DNA of 64,000 nt from Octopus vulgaris (Eukaryota): NCBI GenBank assembly GCA_951406725.2, contig OX597833.1:20832001-20896000 (forward strand), in the 5' to 3' direction. The notes below the pieces were generated by a model, which searched no databases, had not been told where the DNA came from, and was given only the letters and a program-made list of their open reading frames with translations. The stretch's first letter is position 1. Each line of letters opens with the position of its first letter. Both the position numbers and the translations under genes were made by a program. Below, piece after piece: positions 27,001 through 41,629 of the stretch.

Positions 27001-30000
27001 CTGTGTTCTATCATAACTGGACATTAGAACACAGTAACACGAATGTGGAGTGTACTATTAGACATAAGGAAACCAGGCCAGAAACACAAGTCAATGTGGA
27101 ATAAGATAACCTCTATATGGTTAAGCAAGCTACTAGAAATAGCAGCTGAATCTCTGTCAAATATCACTTCATTGTATTAACCCTTTTGGTAGCGACCCAC
27201 CTGAAATTGTTTCTCATCATCATCATCATCATTTAACGTCCGTTTTCCATGCTTGCACGGGTTGGACGGTTCGACCGGGCTCTGGGAAGCCAGGAGGCTG
27301 CACCAGGCTCCAGTCTGATCTGGCAGCGTTTCTACAGCTGGATGCCCTTCCTAATGCCAACCACTCCGTGAGTGTAGTGGGTGCTTTTTACGTGCCACCG
27401 GCACAGGTGCCAGGGGAGCCTGGCATCGGCCACAATCGGTTGGTGCTTTTTACGTGCCACTGGCACAGAAGCCAGGCAAGGCAGCGCTACAAACACCCAT
27501 CAAAATTTCTTGTTAATTTCTGTTCCAAATACCAGATTCAAAATTTTTTTACTGTTTAATTGTTGGAGTCTTTAGACTGCTGCCCTGCTGGAGCACTGCC
27601 TTAAAAGGTTTGGGCACTGCTTTGAAAGGGTTGGGTGAACAAATTGACCCCGGTACTTATTCCATCAGGCTTGTCTGGGAATGTAAACAAAAACCACATC
27701 GTCAAACAGTGGTGGTGGACAAATGCAAACACACAGACATACACACATGCACACACACACACACATACACACACACATGCATGTATATATGTCATCATCA
27801 TCATCACCATCATCATGAATTAATTGGATGGTTTGAAAAGAACTGATGAGCTGCAAGACTGCATCAAGCTCTAATGTCACCATTGGCATGGTTTCTCTGG
27901 CCAGACACCCTATCAAACACTAACTATTGGGTTGTCCGGAATGTTTGTGCTGATTTATAGTAGCTTACTTTTCGACTTATTTTAGAACATGGTTGAGTCC
28001 ATAAAATAGGATTTGACTACACCTCCATTTAGAGCACAGTTTAAGCTATCTTTTCGTGGAAGAAGGTTTATGTTCCTATAACCTGTGTTAATTCTGTAAC
28101 CCTTTAAAATCTAAGATAAGAAAGTTCATTTTCGGCACTTGATGCGCAGTTTACAGTGATGTTTCTTTATCCGAAAGAACTGTACGGAAGTGGTTCTCAA
28201 GGTTCTGAGCTGGAGATTGTAGCCTTATTGATAAAGAGCGATCAAGCAGACCATCCACTACAGATGATGACCAAATCAAATCATTAATTGAGAATAACCC
28301 ACATTGCACAACCCGAGAATTGGCAGAAAGCCTCAACCTATCAAAATCCATTGTTCATGAGCACCGGGTAAAGCTTGGGTAATGGCAAGTATGTATTGAC
28401 CTTTTTCTTTCCTTTAAAAATCGGCACAAACTTTCCGGACAACCTGATACTTTACAGAGTGTACTAAGCCATAGTGCCAGCAGCAACAAAGTGGCTATAT
28501 GACATACAACACAAAAAAAAAGGGGGGAGGGGGAAAGGAAGAAATAGAAGCTCCCACTACTAAGAGGAAGTATTTGAGAAGGGAAGGTGGAGACAGGTGG
28601 CTTTATGCCAGGTGTTGAAAGGCTAAAGTTTGATAAAGTTACAAGCACAGGTGTCTTGCTATAAGAGGAGATAAAAGGAAAGTAGTGATGGGATGTTAGA
28701 GCATAATTCTCAAGGTACAAGAAGGTGAGCATAAGGAAGAACACATTCGGTTGATCATGGAGGGATGAGAGAGTGGATGCTTTCATAAGAGTTGGCTGGA
28801 TATGGCTGGTTTAAATGTTAACCCCTTCGTTACTAACCTGGCTGAAATCGCCTCTGGCTCTGTAGTACAAATGTCTTGTTCTCATAAGTTTTGAATTAAA
28901 ATCTTCCACCAAACCTTAGTCACAATTTATGTTCTTAACACTAGCTTAATGATAACAAAGTTATTTTACTAAATTCTTCGTTATATTTAAATTAATTGAA
29001 AGAAACACAGAGCATTTCAAAATAAATATGGTAATGAAAGGGTTAAAGGGTTAATAGTGATGTAATAACAAAAGAAACCCAACGAAACCAAAAAGAATAT
29101 AAGATATAACAAACCTCAACATCAGTGGTGATGAGAACTTGTTGACGAAGTGGTACCACCTCGCCATGCAATGACCTCATGGCAAGAATCTGGCTACAGT
29201 CATCATTAAACTTGACAGTATGAATACCAGCAAACAATTTCTTCAGGTGTGTTTGGATTACATCAGGCTTAGTGGACTGGCCAAGAATCTCCAGCAGGTC
29301 CTCGTCCCCAATGAAATAAAAACGGGGAAATGAGGACCTCTTTTCCTGGAAATTGAAAAGCAAAACATAATTAATCATACGTGTGTGTGCATACATGTGT
29401 GTGTGCATACGTGTGTGTGTGTGTGTGTATATGTATGTATGTATGTAAGTATGTATGTATATATCCATACATATGCATGTATGTATATGTATGTATGTGT
29501 GTATATATATATATATACAAATACACACACACACAAATATAAAAATAAATGATAGAAAATGGAATTAACAATATTCTTTATTTAAAATCACTATAATTGT
29601 TTCAACATAATCTTACAGCTTTAGTACATTGGGGAAATGTTGTGTAATCCTTATTCCACTGTATGATGACATCAGATAGCCAGTAGCTGTAGACAAGCTT
29701 TTTACCTGAATCTTACTTAACACACACACACATATATAGTCATCATCATCATCATCATTTAACGTCCGTTTTCCATGCTAGCATGGGTTGGTATGTTCTA
29801 TCGGGGTCTGGGAAGCCAGGAGGCTGCACCAGGCTCCAGTCTGATCTGGCAGTGTTTCTACAGCTGGATGCCCTTCCTAACGCCAACCACTCCATGAGTG
29901 TAGTGGATGCTTTTTATGTGCCATGGGCACAGGTGCCAGAGGAGGCTGGCAAACGGCCACAATCGGTTGGTTCTTTTTATGTGTCACCAGCACGAGTATC

Positions 30001-30976
30001 ACAACTACAATTTCCATTTGATATTTATTTTGATGTTGATGTACTTGACTCAATAGGTCTCCTCAAGCACAGCAGGTTACCTTACAATCCAAGGTTAGCA
30101 TAGCATTTGTTGGGTCTTCAAAGTCACAGCATATCTCAGAGGTCTCGGTCTTTCGTCATTGCCTCTGTGAGGCCCAACATGCCACTGGCATGGGTATCAC
30201 AACTACAATAACTATTTGATTTTTGATTTTTATTTTTGATTTTTAATTTTGATTTTTGAATTTTATCAATTTTTTAAAAAGTTTTTATTTTGATTTTTAA
30301 TTCTGATTTTTATATATGTATATATTAACAGAAATTGTAAACATTATCAATACAACATAATTTATATTCATTATTAAATGTTGTAAAGCTGTGGTACTTT
30401 ATCCAGGGAATTCCCTTTAAACACAGCATACATCAAAGGTAGACAAAATGAAATTGCTTTGAAAGAGAGTGACAGATAATGATATTCCACAATCATCTCT
30501 GCTATTCGGTGCCACACTCATCTGCCTATGAAACGACTTGTTTTGCCAGCTAGAGGTATGCATACAAATAGCATAAAAGCTAGTTGCTGATGTGCAAAGG
30601 TATTGCACAAAGAAAATATAATTAGAATTTGTGCTTGAAGCAGCTTAAATAATGTAAACATTAACAATATGACATACTTAATGTGTCTGTATGTTATTAA
30701 ACGTGATACATCCTTAAGGAGGTGGGGTCTTTGTTGGACAAAGCAAAAATGCACATACATTAAGTATATGTCATAATTGATAATATATATATATATATAT
30801 ATTATTTGAGGGAATAAAATACAAACTTACAAGGAAAAAATTCAATTTAGAAATACTAAATCAAATTTCACACAATATAATATCTATATATAAAATAAAA
30901 TTATATATAATTTTCTAGATGGTGTAATTTAATTGTTCATTTTGAATTGATAAAAGGTGTTTTTTTTCTAATTTTT

Positions 30977-31013
<37 letters not shown>

Positions 31014-31237
31014 CTCATACTCTTTACTCTTTTACTTGTTTCAGTCATTTGACTGTGGCCATGCTGGAGCACCACCTTTAGTCGAGCAAATCGACCCCAG
31101 GACTTATTCTTTGTAAGCGCAGTACCTAGTCTATCAGTCTCTTTTACCGAACTGCTAAGTTACGGGGGACGTAAAACCACCATCGGTTATCAAGCAATGT
31201 CAGGGGGACAAACACAGACACACAAATATATACACAC

Positions 31238-31300
<63 letters not shown>

Positions 31301-31354
31301 CACAACCCATGCCAGCATGGAAAACGGACGTTAAACGATGATGATGATGATGAT

Positions 31355-31385
<31 letters not shown>

Positions 31386-33046
31386 CATATATACGACGGG
31401 CTTCTTTTCAGTTTCTGTCTACCAAATCCACTTAAGAATCTATGCGAGCGAACCAAAGCCTTGCGAGTAGATTTGGTAGATAGAAACTGAAAGAAACAAA
31501 ACATCATGTGCATGTGTGTGTGTAGACATGCATGTGTGTATTTTTGTGTGTGCATGTATATGTATTTTTGTGCGTTGTGAGCATGTGTGTGCACGTGCAT
31601 ATGTATGTGCATGCAGAAATGTGTGCATGTATTTATATTTCAGTTTCTATCTACCAAATCTGCTCGCAAGGCTTTGGTTCACCTAGATTCTTGAGTGGAT
31701 TTGTTAGACAGAAACTGAAAAGAAGCCCGTCGTATATATGTACATGTATATATATATATATATATATATAATTGTATATAAAATAAAATACAAAATGGGA
31801 CAAGAACGTAAAACATCCAGACAACTTGGTGATACAAAAGGGGACAACAAAACATCCAGATAGATGATACAAAAAAGACATGGACGGGTCATTCGAAGCC
31901 TTTTATCTTCAGTCAAGAACCGGATCATCCTCACAATTTCTACTGATTTCTCTTGTAGTATAATTGTAGTTCCACCAAAGTGATTTGTCTGTCCCTCCTA
32001 TGAAGGAACAGAGCCAAATAAATATATACACATCATCTTATATGGTGAGTTATTTTTGTTCAGCCATCTAACCATACACTTACCCACCCACCACCAACAC
32101 AGGTATTAAGTTCATCTACTGCATGTATAAAAAACGTGACCCTTAAATCCTGTGGTGTGTGGTAAGTTGTTAGCATGGCTGCACATGGTCTTGTCCCTGC
32201 TTTGGTAACTACTGACAACACCAAATTGGGCCAAGATCCAGTCCCATCTTATGCCAGTAGACACAGATTCATTATGCATATGCATGCATACACACGCACA
32301 TACACTTGTAAGGTGTGTGTGTATGTATGTATGTATGTATGTATATATATATATATATATAGGGTGGACAAAAGTCCCAAAGTTTAGCTGCACATATTGC
32401 AATTTGTGCATGTAATCTGGTGACTTCTGCTGTTGCACCAACTGTATTATACTTCGACTTCGTATTCCCACCCTATGTGTGTGTGTGTACATAGGAGTGG
32501 CTGTGTGGTAAGTAGCTTGTTTACCAACCACATGGTTTCGGGTTCAGTCCCACTGCGTGGCACCTCGGGCTGACCAAAGCCTTGTGAGTGGATTTGGTAG
32601 ACGGAAACTGAAAGAAGCCCATCGTATATATGTATATATATATGCGTGTGTGTGTTTGTGTGTCTGTGTTTGTCCCCCTAGCATTGCTTGACAACCGATG
32701 CTGGTGTGTTTATGTCCCCGTCACTTAGCGATAGAATAAGTACTGGGCTTACAAAAGAATAAGTCCCGGGGTTAAAAAGGCGGTGCTCCAGCATGGCCGC
32801 AGTCAAATGACTGAAACAAGTAAAAGAGTATATATATTATATTTGTGGGGTGGGGGTCATATTTTGCCAATTAAACACAAGTACTATTGTGTGTGTGTTT
32901 AATTAGCAAAATATGACTATTCTGAAATATAACAATATCTGATTCAACATGATTTCACATCAAGAATCTTTCAAAACAGACACACACACACATACATACA
33001 TGTTGAGTGCCTCTTTCTCTCGTTTATCCACTCACCCATGTATGTT

Positions 33047-33096
<50 letters not shown>

Positions 33097-36000
33097 CGGT
33101 GGCACGTAAAAAGCACCATCCGAAAGTGGCCGAAGCCAGTGCCACCTCGACTGGCTTCCGTGCAGGTGGCACGTAAAATACACCAATCCGACCGTGGCCG
33201 ATGCCGGCCTCGCCTGGCACCAGTGCAGGTGGCATGTAAAAAGCATCCACTACACTCACGGAGTGGTTGGCATTAGGAAGGGCATCCAGCTGTAGAAACA
33301 TTGCCAGATAAGACCGGAGCCTGGTGCAGCCTTCTGGCTTCCCAGATCCCCGGTCGAACCGTCCAACCCATGCTAGCATGGAGAACGGACGTTAAACGAT
33401 GATGATGATGTGTGTTACTGTCTCCTTGCCTTGACATTGCATGATAGTTGTGAACTAGTGTCACGTTATGCAATCTTTTGTGAAGAACACATGTTTGGCC
33501 TTGGGAAAACATAAGCTTTCTTGGAAACAGGTGAGAGTTGGTGACAGGAAGGGCATCCAGTCGGAAAAAATCCACCTCAACAAATTCCATTTGATCCATG
33601 TCAGCATGGAAAATCATCATCATCATCATTGTTTAACGTCCGCTTTCCATGCTGGCATGTGTTGGAAGATTTGACTGAGGACTGGCAAACCAGACAGCTG
33701 CACCAAGCTCCAATCAGATCTGGCAGAGTTTCTACAGCTGGATGCCCTTCCTAACGCCAACCACTCCAAGAGTGTAGTGGGTGCTTTTACACGCCACTGG
33801 CACGAGGGCCAGTCAGGCAGTACTGGCAACGGCTCAAATGGTGCTTTTTACGTGCAACCTGCCCAGGAGCCAGTCCAGCGGCACTGGCAATGACCTCGCT
33901 CGAATGTCTTTTCACGTGCCACCAGCACGAGTGCCAGGAAGGTGTTGCTGGTAACGATGTATGTTAAAATGATGGTGATGATGATGATGACAATGACAAT
34001 GATAATTCTATTTACTGAAAGTCGGTAATGATCCAGATAATTCTATTTAAAAACCAATCATAATCCAGATAATTATATTTAAAAATCAACTATCATGCAC
34101 ACATATCTATTTTAAATCAATTTATATTCTAGACAATTTTTATTTTTATTTCAAGCCAATTATTATTCAGTTAATTTGATTTAAAAATCAATTATCATGT
34201 AGGTAATTTTATTTATTTGAAGCCAATTATCATCCAGTTAATTATATTTATTTCAAATTAGCAATCATCCAATGAACTGAAGTGCACCAGAGCACTTTAC
34301 AATTAGCTAATAATAATAATAATCATCATCATTGTTATCTTCCTCCTCCTCCTCATCTTGTTATCATCATCATCATTTTAACATCCATTTTTACTATGCT
34401 TGGAGGTTATTGAGGCAGATTTTGTATAGCTGGGTGCCCTTCCTATCACCAACCATTACCTGTTTCCAAGCAGAGTAATATATCTCCCCATGGCCAGACA
34501 TGTTTTCATGGAATACTGCAAATGGATGACATCCATTTACAACATTATGCGATAATCAAGACAAGGAGACACAAACAAACACACACACACACATATAGTT
34601 CAACCCATACCAGCATGGAACATCATCATCATCATCGTCATTTAACGTCCACTTTCCATGCTGGCATAGGGTGGAGGGTTTGATTGAGGGTCGGTGAGCC
34701 AGAAGGCTGCACCAAGCTCCAATCCAATCTGGCAATGTTTCTACAGATGGATGCCCTTCCTAATGCCAACCACTCTGAGTGTGGCAGGTGCTTTTTACAT
34801 TCCACTGGCATGAGGGCCAGTCAGGCGGCACTGGCAATGACCATGCTCAAAAGGTGCTTTTTGCATGCCACTAGTATGGGACCAGTCAGCCGGCACTGGC
34901 ATCAACCATGCTCAAATGGTACTTTTTACATTCCACTGGCACGGGAGCCAATCAGGCGCTATTGTCATTTGCCCAACAATGACTTCACTTGCCTCTTCGC
35001 AAGCGCAGTTTATTGCCCAATGATTTAAGGGTACTCTTAAATGGGCTGGTTACACTGCACTGGCATAGGCCACGATTACAGTCTCACTTGGCTTGCCGGG
35101 TCTTCTGAAGCACAGCATATCTCCAAAGGTCTCAGCCACTTGTCATCGCCTCAGTGAGGCCCAACATTCAAAGGTTGTGTTTCACTACCTCATCCCAGGT
35201 CTTCTTGGGTCTACCTCTTCCACAGGTTCCCTCAACTGCTAGGATGTGACACTTTTTCACCCAGCTGTCCTCATCTATATGCAACACATGAACATACAAG
35301 TGCAGTCATCTCTCTTGCACACCACATCTGATGCTTCTTATGCCCAACTTTTCTCTCAGGGCGCTTACACTCTGTTGTGAATGCACACTGACATTACACA
35401 TCCAGCGAAGCATACTAGCTTCATTCCTTGCAAGCTTACGCATGTTCTCAGCAGTCACGGCCCATGTTTCACTGCCATGTAGCAAGGCTGTTCATACAGT
35501 CTACCTTTTACTCTGAGCAAGAGGCCCTTTCTCACCTGCAGAGGTAGGAGCTCTTTGAACTTTGCCCAAGCTATTCTTTTTCTAGCAGCTACACTCTTAA
35601 AGCAACCACCCCCACTACTAACTTGGTCACCTAGGTAATGGAAGCTATCAACTGCTTGTAGTCCCCCCCCCACCCGGAATGTGACAGAGGCTGTTTTCTG
35701 CACATTTTCAGTGTTCATTGCACCTGAGCATTTGTCACACACAAAATCTATCTTCCCAGTTAGCCTTCCTTTAATATTGCTGTACCTCTTATGTGTCCAT
35801 AGCTTACACTGAGTACATCTTATGGGGTTTCTACCTATGCCTTTTCTACAGATCAAGCAGGGCCACCTACCTGAAGGGATTTGTGGTCTGTCTACATTCC
35901 TACTCATTAAGACTTGGTTTTTGCTAGACTGACTCCAAGGTCCTTCGATTCTAGACCTTGCTTCCACACCTGAAACTTCTCCTCCAGTTCTGATAGTGAC

Positions 36001-39000
36001 TCAGCTATTAGAAAAAGGTCATCAGCATAGAGAAGCTCCAAGGGGCATCCTGTCTTGAATTCCTCCATTATTGTTTATCTTTGGCTAGGTAATTCTCCTG
36101 CAGCTGTCTTACCAGAAATATAGCATCAGTGGTGCTTTTCCCTGGCACAAATCCAAACTGCATTAACAATGATGATGGATGGATAGATTATGGACTTCTT
36201 TCAATTTCTGTCTAACAAATAAATCCACTCATATATATATATATATAAGTTATTTTTCATTAAATATAACAAGTCTGGAAACCTTCTGATACCACCCCAT
36301 AATATTAAATAATATAACAACAATATAATAGTGCTGCCTTGACTGGTTTTTATGCTGATGGTACGTAAAAAGCACCCACTACACTCTCAGGGTGGTTGGC
36401 ATTAGGAAGGGCAACCAGCTGTAGAAACACTGCCAGATCAGATTGGGGCCTGGTGCTGCCCCCTGGCTTCCCAGACCCCAGCCGAACCATCCAACCCCTG
36501 CCAGCATAGAAAATAGAGGTTAAACGATGATGATGATGATGAATATAACAATAAAAACAAAAAGAAAGGAAGAGAAAATGGTATAAAAACCTCTAAGAAT
36601 TCATTGAGTGCTTTCTGGCATCTCTGCAGTTGGTCCACCATTGTCTTTAACTGATCACAAAGTCCTACTCGGTTTGCAAGCGAAACATAACGACGATCTC
36701 GCTGTATGTCCGTCATAATGGCTCTGCCAAAATACAACATTTTAAAATGTGAAATGAGACTAGTTTGTATAAAAAAAAATTATAATTAACAGAGTAAATA
36801 TTTCAAAATACTGGACCTCTATTAGAGATCCGAAACCTGGACATCATCAGAGATTTGGTGATATGTATGTCTTAGAAGTAGGAAGCAAGGAAAAGAGCAA
36901 TAACACTAGAATCTTAATGAAATATCTAGAAGGCGTGGCTGTGTGGTAAGTAGCTTGCTAACCAACCACATGGTTCCGGGTTCAGTCCCACTGTGAGGCA
37001 CGTTAGGCAAGTGTCTTCTACTATAGCTTCAGGCTGACCAAAGCCTTGTGAGTGGATTTGGTAGACGGAAACTGAAAGAAACCTGTTGTTTTATATATGT
37101 ATATATATATGTGTGTGTGTATATGCTTGTGCATCTGTGTTTGTCTTGCTTGACAACGCTTGACAACCGATGGTGGTGTGTTTACGTCTCTGTAACTTAG
37201 CAGTTCAGCCAAAGAGACTGATAGAATAAGTCTTGGGGTCGATTTGCTCGACTAAAGGCAGTGCTCCAGCATGGTCAGAGACAAATGACTGAAACAAGTA
37301 AAAGAGTAAAAGAGAAAGGTGCAGGTATAGGTGTGAGGCATGGTTCCAGGTTCAATCCCACTTCATGTCACCTTGGACAAGTGTCTTCTACTACAGTCCC
37401 AGGCTGACCAAAGCCATGTGAATAGATTTGCTACACAGAAACTAAAAGAAGTTTGTCGTAGTGTGTGTGTGTAAGGAACTTTCTTCCTGATAGTCAGAGA
37501 ACTGCTTCACAAAGATCATCATTCCATGCGGGCATAAGCTGGTCATTTTGAGAGGATTCACTGAATTTAAGAACCATGTCGGGCACGAACATTTCATTAT
37601 GGCTTGGTTTCTATGACTGGAGGCCCTTCCTAATGCTAATTACTTCAAAGATTGTACAGTAGGGGGACATCAGTAGAAGTGATGTGCTTTCTTGCTTGCT
37701 TTGTGCTCTTGGATGATGGAGGTAGGGTCATTTCAGGTTAGTAGTGGTCCCAGAGACATCATGATGTATAAAGCCAATCAGATCCACCAGAATTCTCCAT
37801 TGCTGGTGGTTCTGTGCCAGCTACTCTGCATCCTCCAAAATGGCGTTAAGCCTCCGGAGATCTTTCACATTCACTTCTAGCCATCTGGTGCAAGGCCTGC
37901 TATAAGTGATGTTGCTACATGAATTGCAAAACTAAAACCTTCTTCAACTTATTAGAGAGAGAAGCTGTTTTAGACAAGGTTTTGAAAGGATAATGTATGA
38001 TATAAGGGACAGAAAAAGGCTTGTTGTTGTAGAGATGTTACATGGCCACCACCCATTATATGAGGGTGAGAACTGATGGGATGAAAGCAGAGAGAGAGAT
38101 AAAAATAGAAAAAAAAATTAAATTAGAAAAGGAGAAAACAAACGTGTCAAGTGGAAGAAAAACAAAGATTAAAATTAAGATATTTTTTGAAAAATTATAA
38201 AAAGATAATTAAATAGCATTTATTTTCCAGAAAATAACCATAAAAGCAAAACAGGTATATGATGTAATTTATATAATATTATCAACAACTATAAAATTTT
38301 TATTCATCCATTAAAATAAAATTTCCTTTTTGTTAGGAAAAACAAAACATTAAAAAATTGCATTACTGTCAAAAAACAATAATATTTTCACAAGCTTTGC
38401 TGTAATCAAAGCCAATTTCAATCGTACTTTGATCAGCGTTGATATCAAAATTACAGTCTTCAAAATTGCCTTCCCTCTTTCCATTACCGAACTCAGAATC
38501 TAATATTTCGTTTATTAGTCTATTTCCTAATAAGTCATATATTTATTGCTTCCTCATTTTCATAATAGATTTCTTTTTATGTAATTGTGAAATACAAATA
38601 GGAAGAAAGAATTGTATATCAAAGAAAGATAAAACAAAAATCTCGGCTAATATATCAAGTTTAGAAGCAGAGAATAACAAAAAAAAAAACAAAAAAAAAT
38701 GTTAGAGTGGCTGTGTGCTTACCAGCCACATGGTTCCAGGTTCAGTTTCACTGCGTGGCACCTTGGGCAAGTGTCTTCTACTATAGCCTTGGGCTGACCA
38801 AAGCCTTGTGAGTGGATTTGGTAGACAGAAACTGAAAGAAGCCCGTCATATATATGTATATATATATATATATATATATGACCTCAGTCAAATTGTCCAA
38901 CCCATGCTAGCATGGAAAGCGGATGTTAAATGATGAAGATGATGATGATGATGATGTGTGTGTTTGTCCCCCAACATCATTTGACAACTGATGCTGGTGT

Positions 39001-41598
39001 GTTTACATCCCCGTAACTTAGCGGTTCGGCAAAAGAGACTGATAGAATAAGTACTAGGCTTACAAAGAATAAGTACTGGGGTCGATTTGCTCGACTAAAA
39101 AGGTAGTGCTCCAGCATGGCCACAGTCAAATGACTGAAACATGTAAAAGAGTATGAAATAACTCGATCACTCAATGCAAAACAATAAACAATACTGATTT
39201 GATAAGTGGGAAAAAACATAAATCAGGTGTTACTTGAAGCTGCTGAAAATCACAATTATGTACATTCAATGCCCAGTGACACAAGATAAAAAAAAGAGGA
39301 AGCACTGGGTGTGTCTCATGCCATCACTTTAGCAATAAAGCATAGATTCATGATTTAATGCCACATATTAAAACGTGTATGTCAAATATGGTGTTTACAG
39401 TTCTACACCGCTTTCCAGTCTGTTCCCTGAAAATCTTCAGCTGTACAGTACCAACATTTATATATATCATTAACCCTTTCATTACCAACCCGGCTGAAAC
39501 CGGATCTGGTTCTGTAGTACAAATGTCTTGTTTTCATTTGTTTTGAATTAAAATCTTCCACCAATCCTTTGTCACAATCTATGCTTCTAACACTTGCTTA
39601 ATGATAACTAAGTTATTTTACTAAATTCTTTGTTATCATCATTTATCATTTAATGTCCGCTTTCCATGCTAGCATGGGTTGGACGATTTGACTGAGGTCT
39701 GGCGAACCAGACTCTAATCTGATCTGGCAGAGTTTCTACAGCCGGATGCCCTTCCTAATGCCAACCACTCCAAGTGTGGTGGGTGCTTTTACGTGCCACC
39801 AGCATGAGGGCCAGTTTGGTGGTACTGGCAACAGCCATGCCCAAATGGTGCGTTTTACGTGCCACCTGCACAGGAGCCAGTCCAGCGGCATTGGCGATGA
39901 CACGACCTCGTTATATCTAAAATAATTCAGAGAAACACTGAGCATCTCAAAGTAAATACAGTAACGAAAGGGTTAAGCTTGGTGAAAAATAAAACTTACC
40001 TGAAATCACTATCAACTCTCTTGAAGCGGTTCTGTTCCTTAGGTAAAGCACCACGACCAAATATCGGTTCTAAGTAAACCCATTTATGCTGAATTTGGTA
40101 AAGGTTCTGCAAGTACTCGTCCAAACTTGCTAAGCGTTTCTCCCAAATTGTGGCTTTATCCAAGAAGTTTTTGAAGTACGGTGAATCTTTAAGGGATTGC
40201 AATAAGCACTGTTGGTCTCCAACCTGTAAATTAAAGACAGAAAAATAGTTCCTTGTCATATTCGAAGTATTGAGTTGTTAGACAAATTTGTTTGTTTCTT
40301 TTCAACATTATTTTTGAATTAACATCAGTGGTAGCTTGTAGATAAAATTAGTGGTGGGGGGGGTGCTGCTTCAGAAAATTTTTAGCTGTTGTTTTAATAT
40401 TGTGTAAAAGGAAACAAACATATAAAAAGAATATTTATACATAAACTTGATCTGTTCGCGTTTTAGTCATTGCTGGGTAGTGTGTTTAATTTATTCACTG
40501 AAAACTGCTGCTAATTCACCCTTGTTTTTTGAAAATCGTACCTAAATCACAAAATAAGTGGGGGAAAATCTGCCCTATTTTTCAGATCCTGGCAGCAACA
40601 CTCTAGCTGGAAGCAGGATAATAATCTAATTCTACACTTTATCACATTCAAGAATATAAACACATTTTTTAAGCACAACACACACAGAGTCAAAAAGAAA
40701 CACTACCTTTCACCAGCACGCCAGGGTTAGCACTGCATGAACAACAGTGCTCTCTCTCCCTAGTGTGAAGCTTCCTATCTTGGACATGTGAGCATGCACA
40801 CAACAGTCAAACCCTAGTCACAATTCATGTTCCTAACACTAGCTTAATGACAGCTAAGTTATTTTACTAAATTCTTATATTTGTTTAAAAATCCTTATGA
40901 AACACCCTACATAAAACTAACTTGGTTACTAAGGTCTCTAAGTTCAAATCCATTCAAGGTTGTATGCTTCCAATGTTGATAAACACTGGTTTTTTAACAT
41001 ATAAAAGAAAAAAGCATTTCTGTGTCACATTAAAGATAATTTATTATCCAAAGTATAGCTTCAAGACTGACTCTTTAAAAAAATTTATTTATTTTCATTT
41101 AGATAGGATATTGATTTTGTTTACAGCGAACCACTGATTTCTGTAGTAAGATTTGGCTCAAGACCAATGTTTTAACATACAAGGTATAGTTCTTTAACTC
41201 TTTCATTTGTTCTAGATATTATGGCTAAAGATGTTCATTTGACTGAGCATATTACTGGTATCTGTGCTTATTGATTACAACAGAATCAAACCAGGAGGGA
41301 TTGAAAAGCAAAATAAATCCATGGGGGGATTTGATTTTCAAACTTAGAGAAATATAGGTGCAGGTGTAGCAAGAAGTTTCCTTCTGAACCACATGGTTCC
41401 AGGTTCAGTCCCATCGCATGGTATCTTGGGCAAGTGTCTTCTACAATAGCATGAGTGGATTTGGTAAATGGAAACTGAAAGAAGCCTTGTGTGTATATAC
41501 ATATTTATATATATATAGTTTACAGATCTACTATAGCCTTAGGCCGACTAAAGCCTTGTGAGAGGATTTGGTAGAAGGAAACTGAAAGAAGCCCGTCG

Positions 41599-41629
<31 letters not shown>

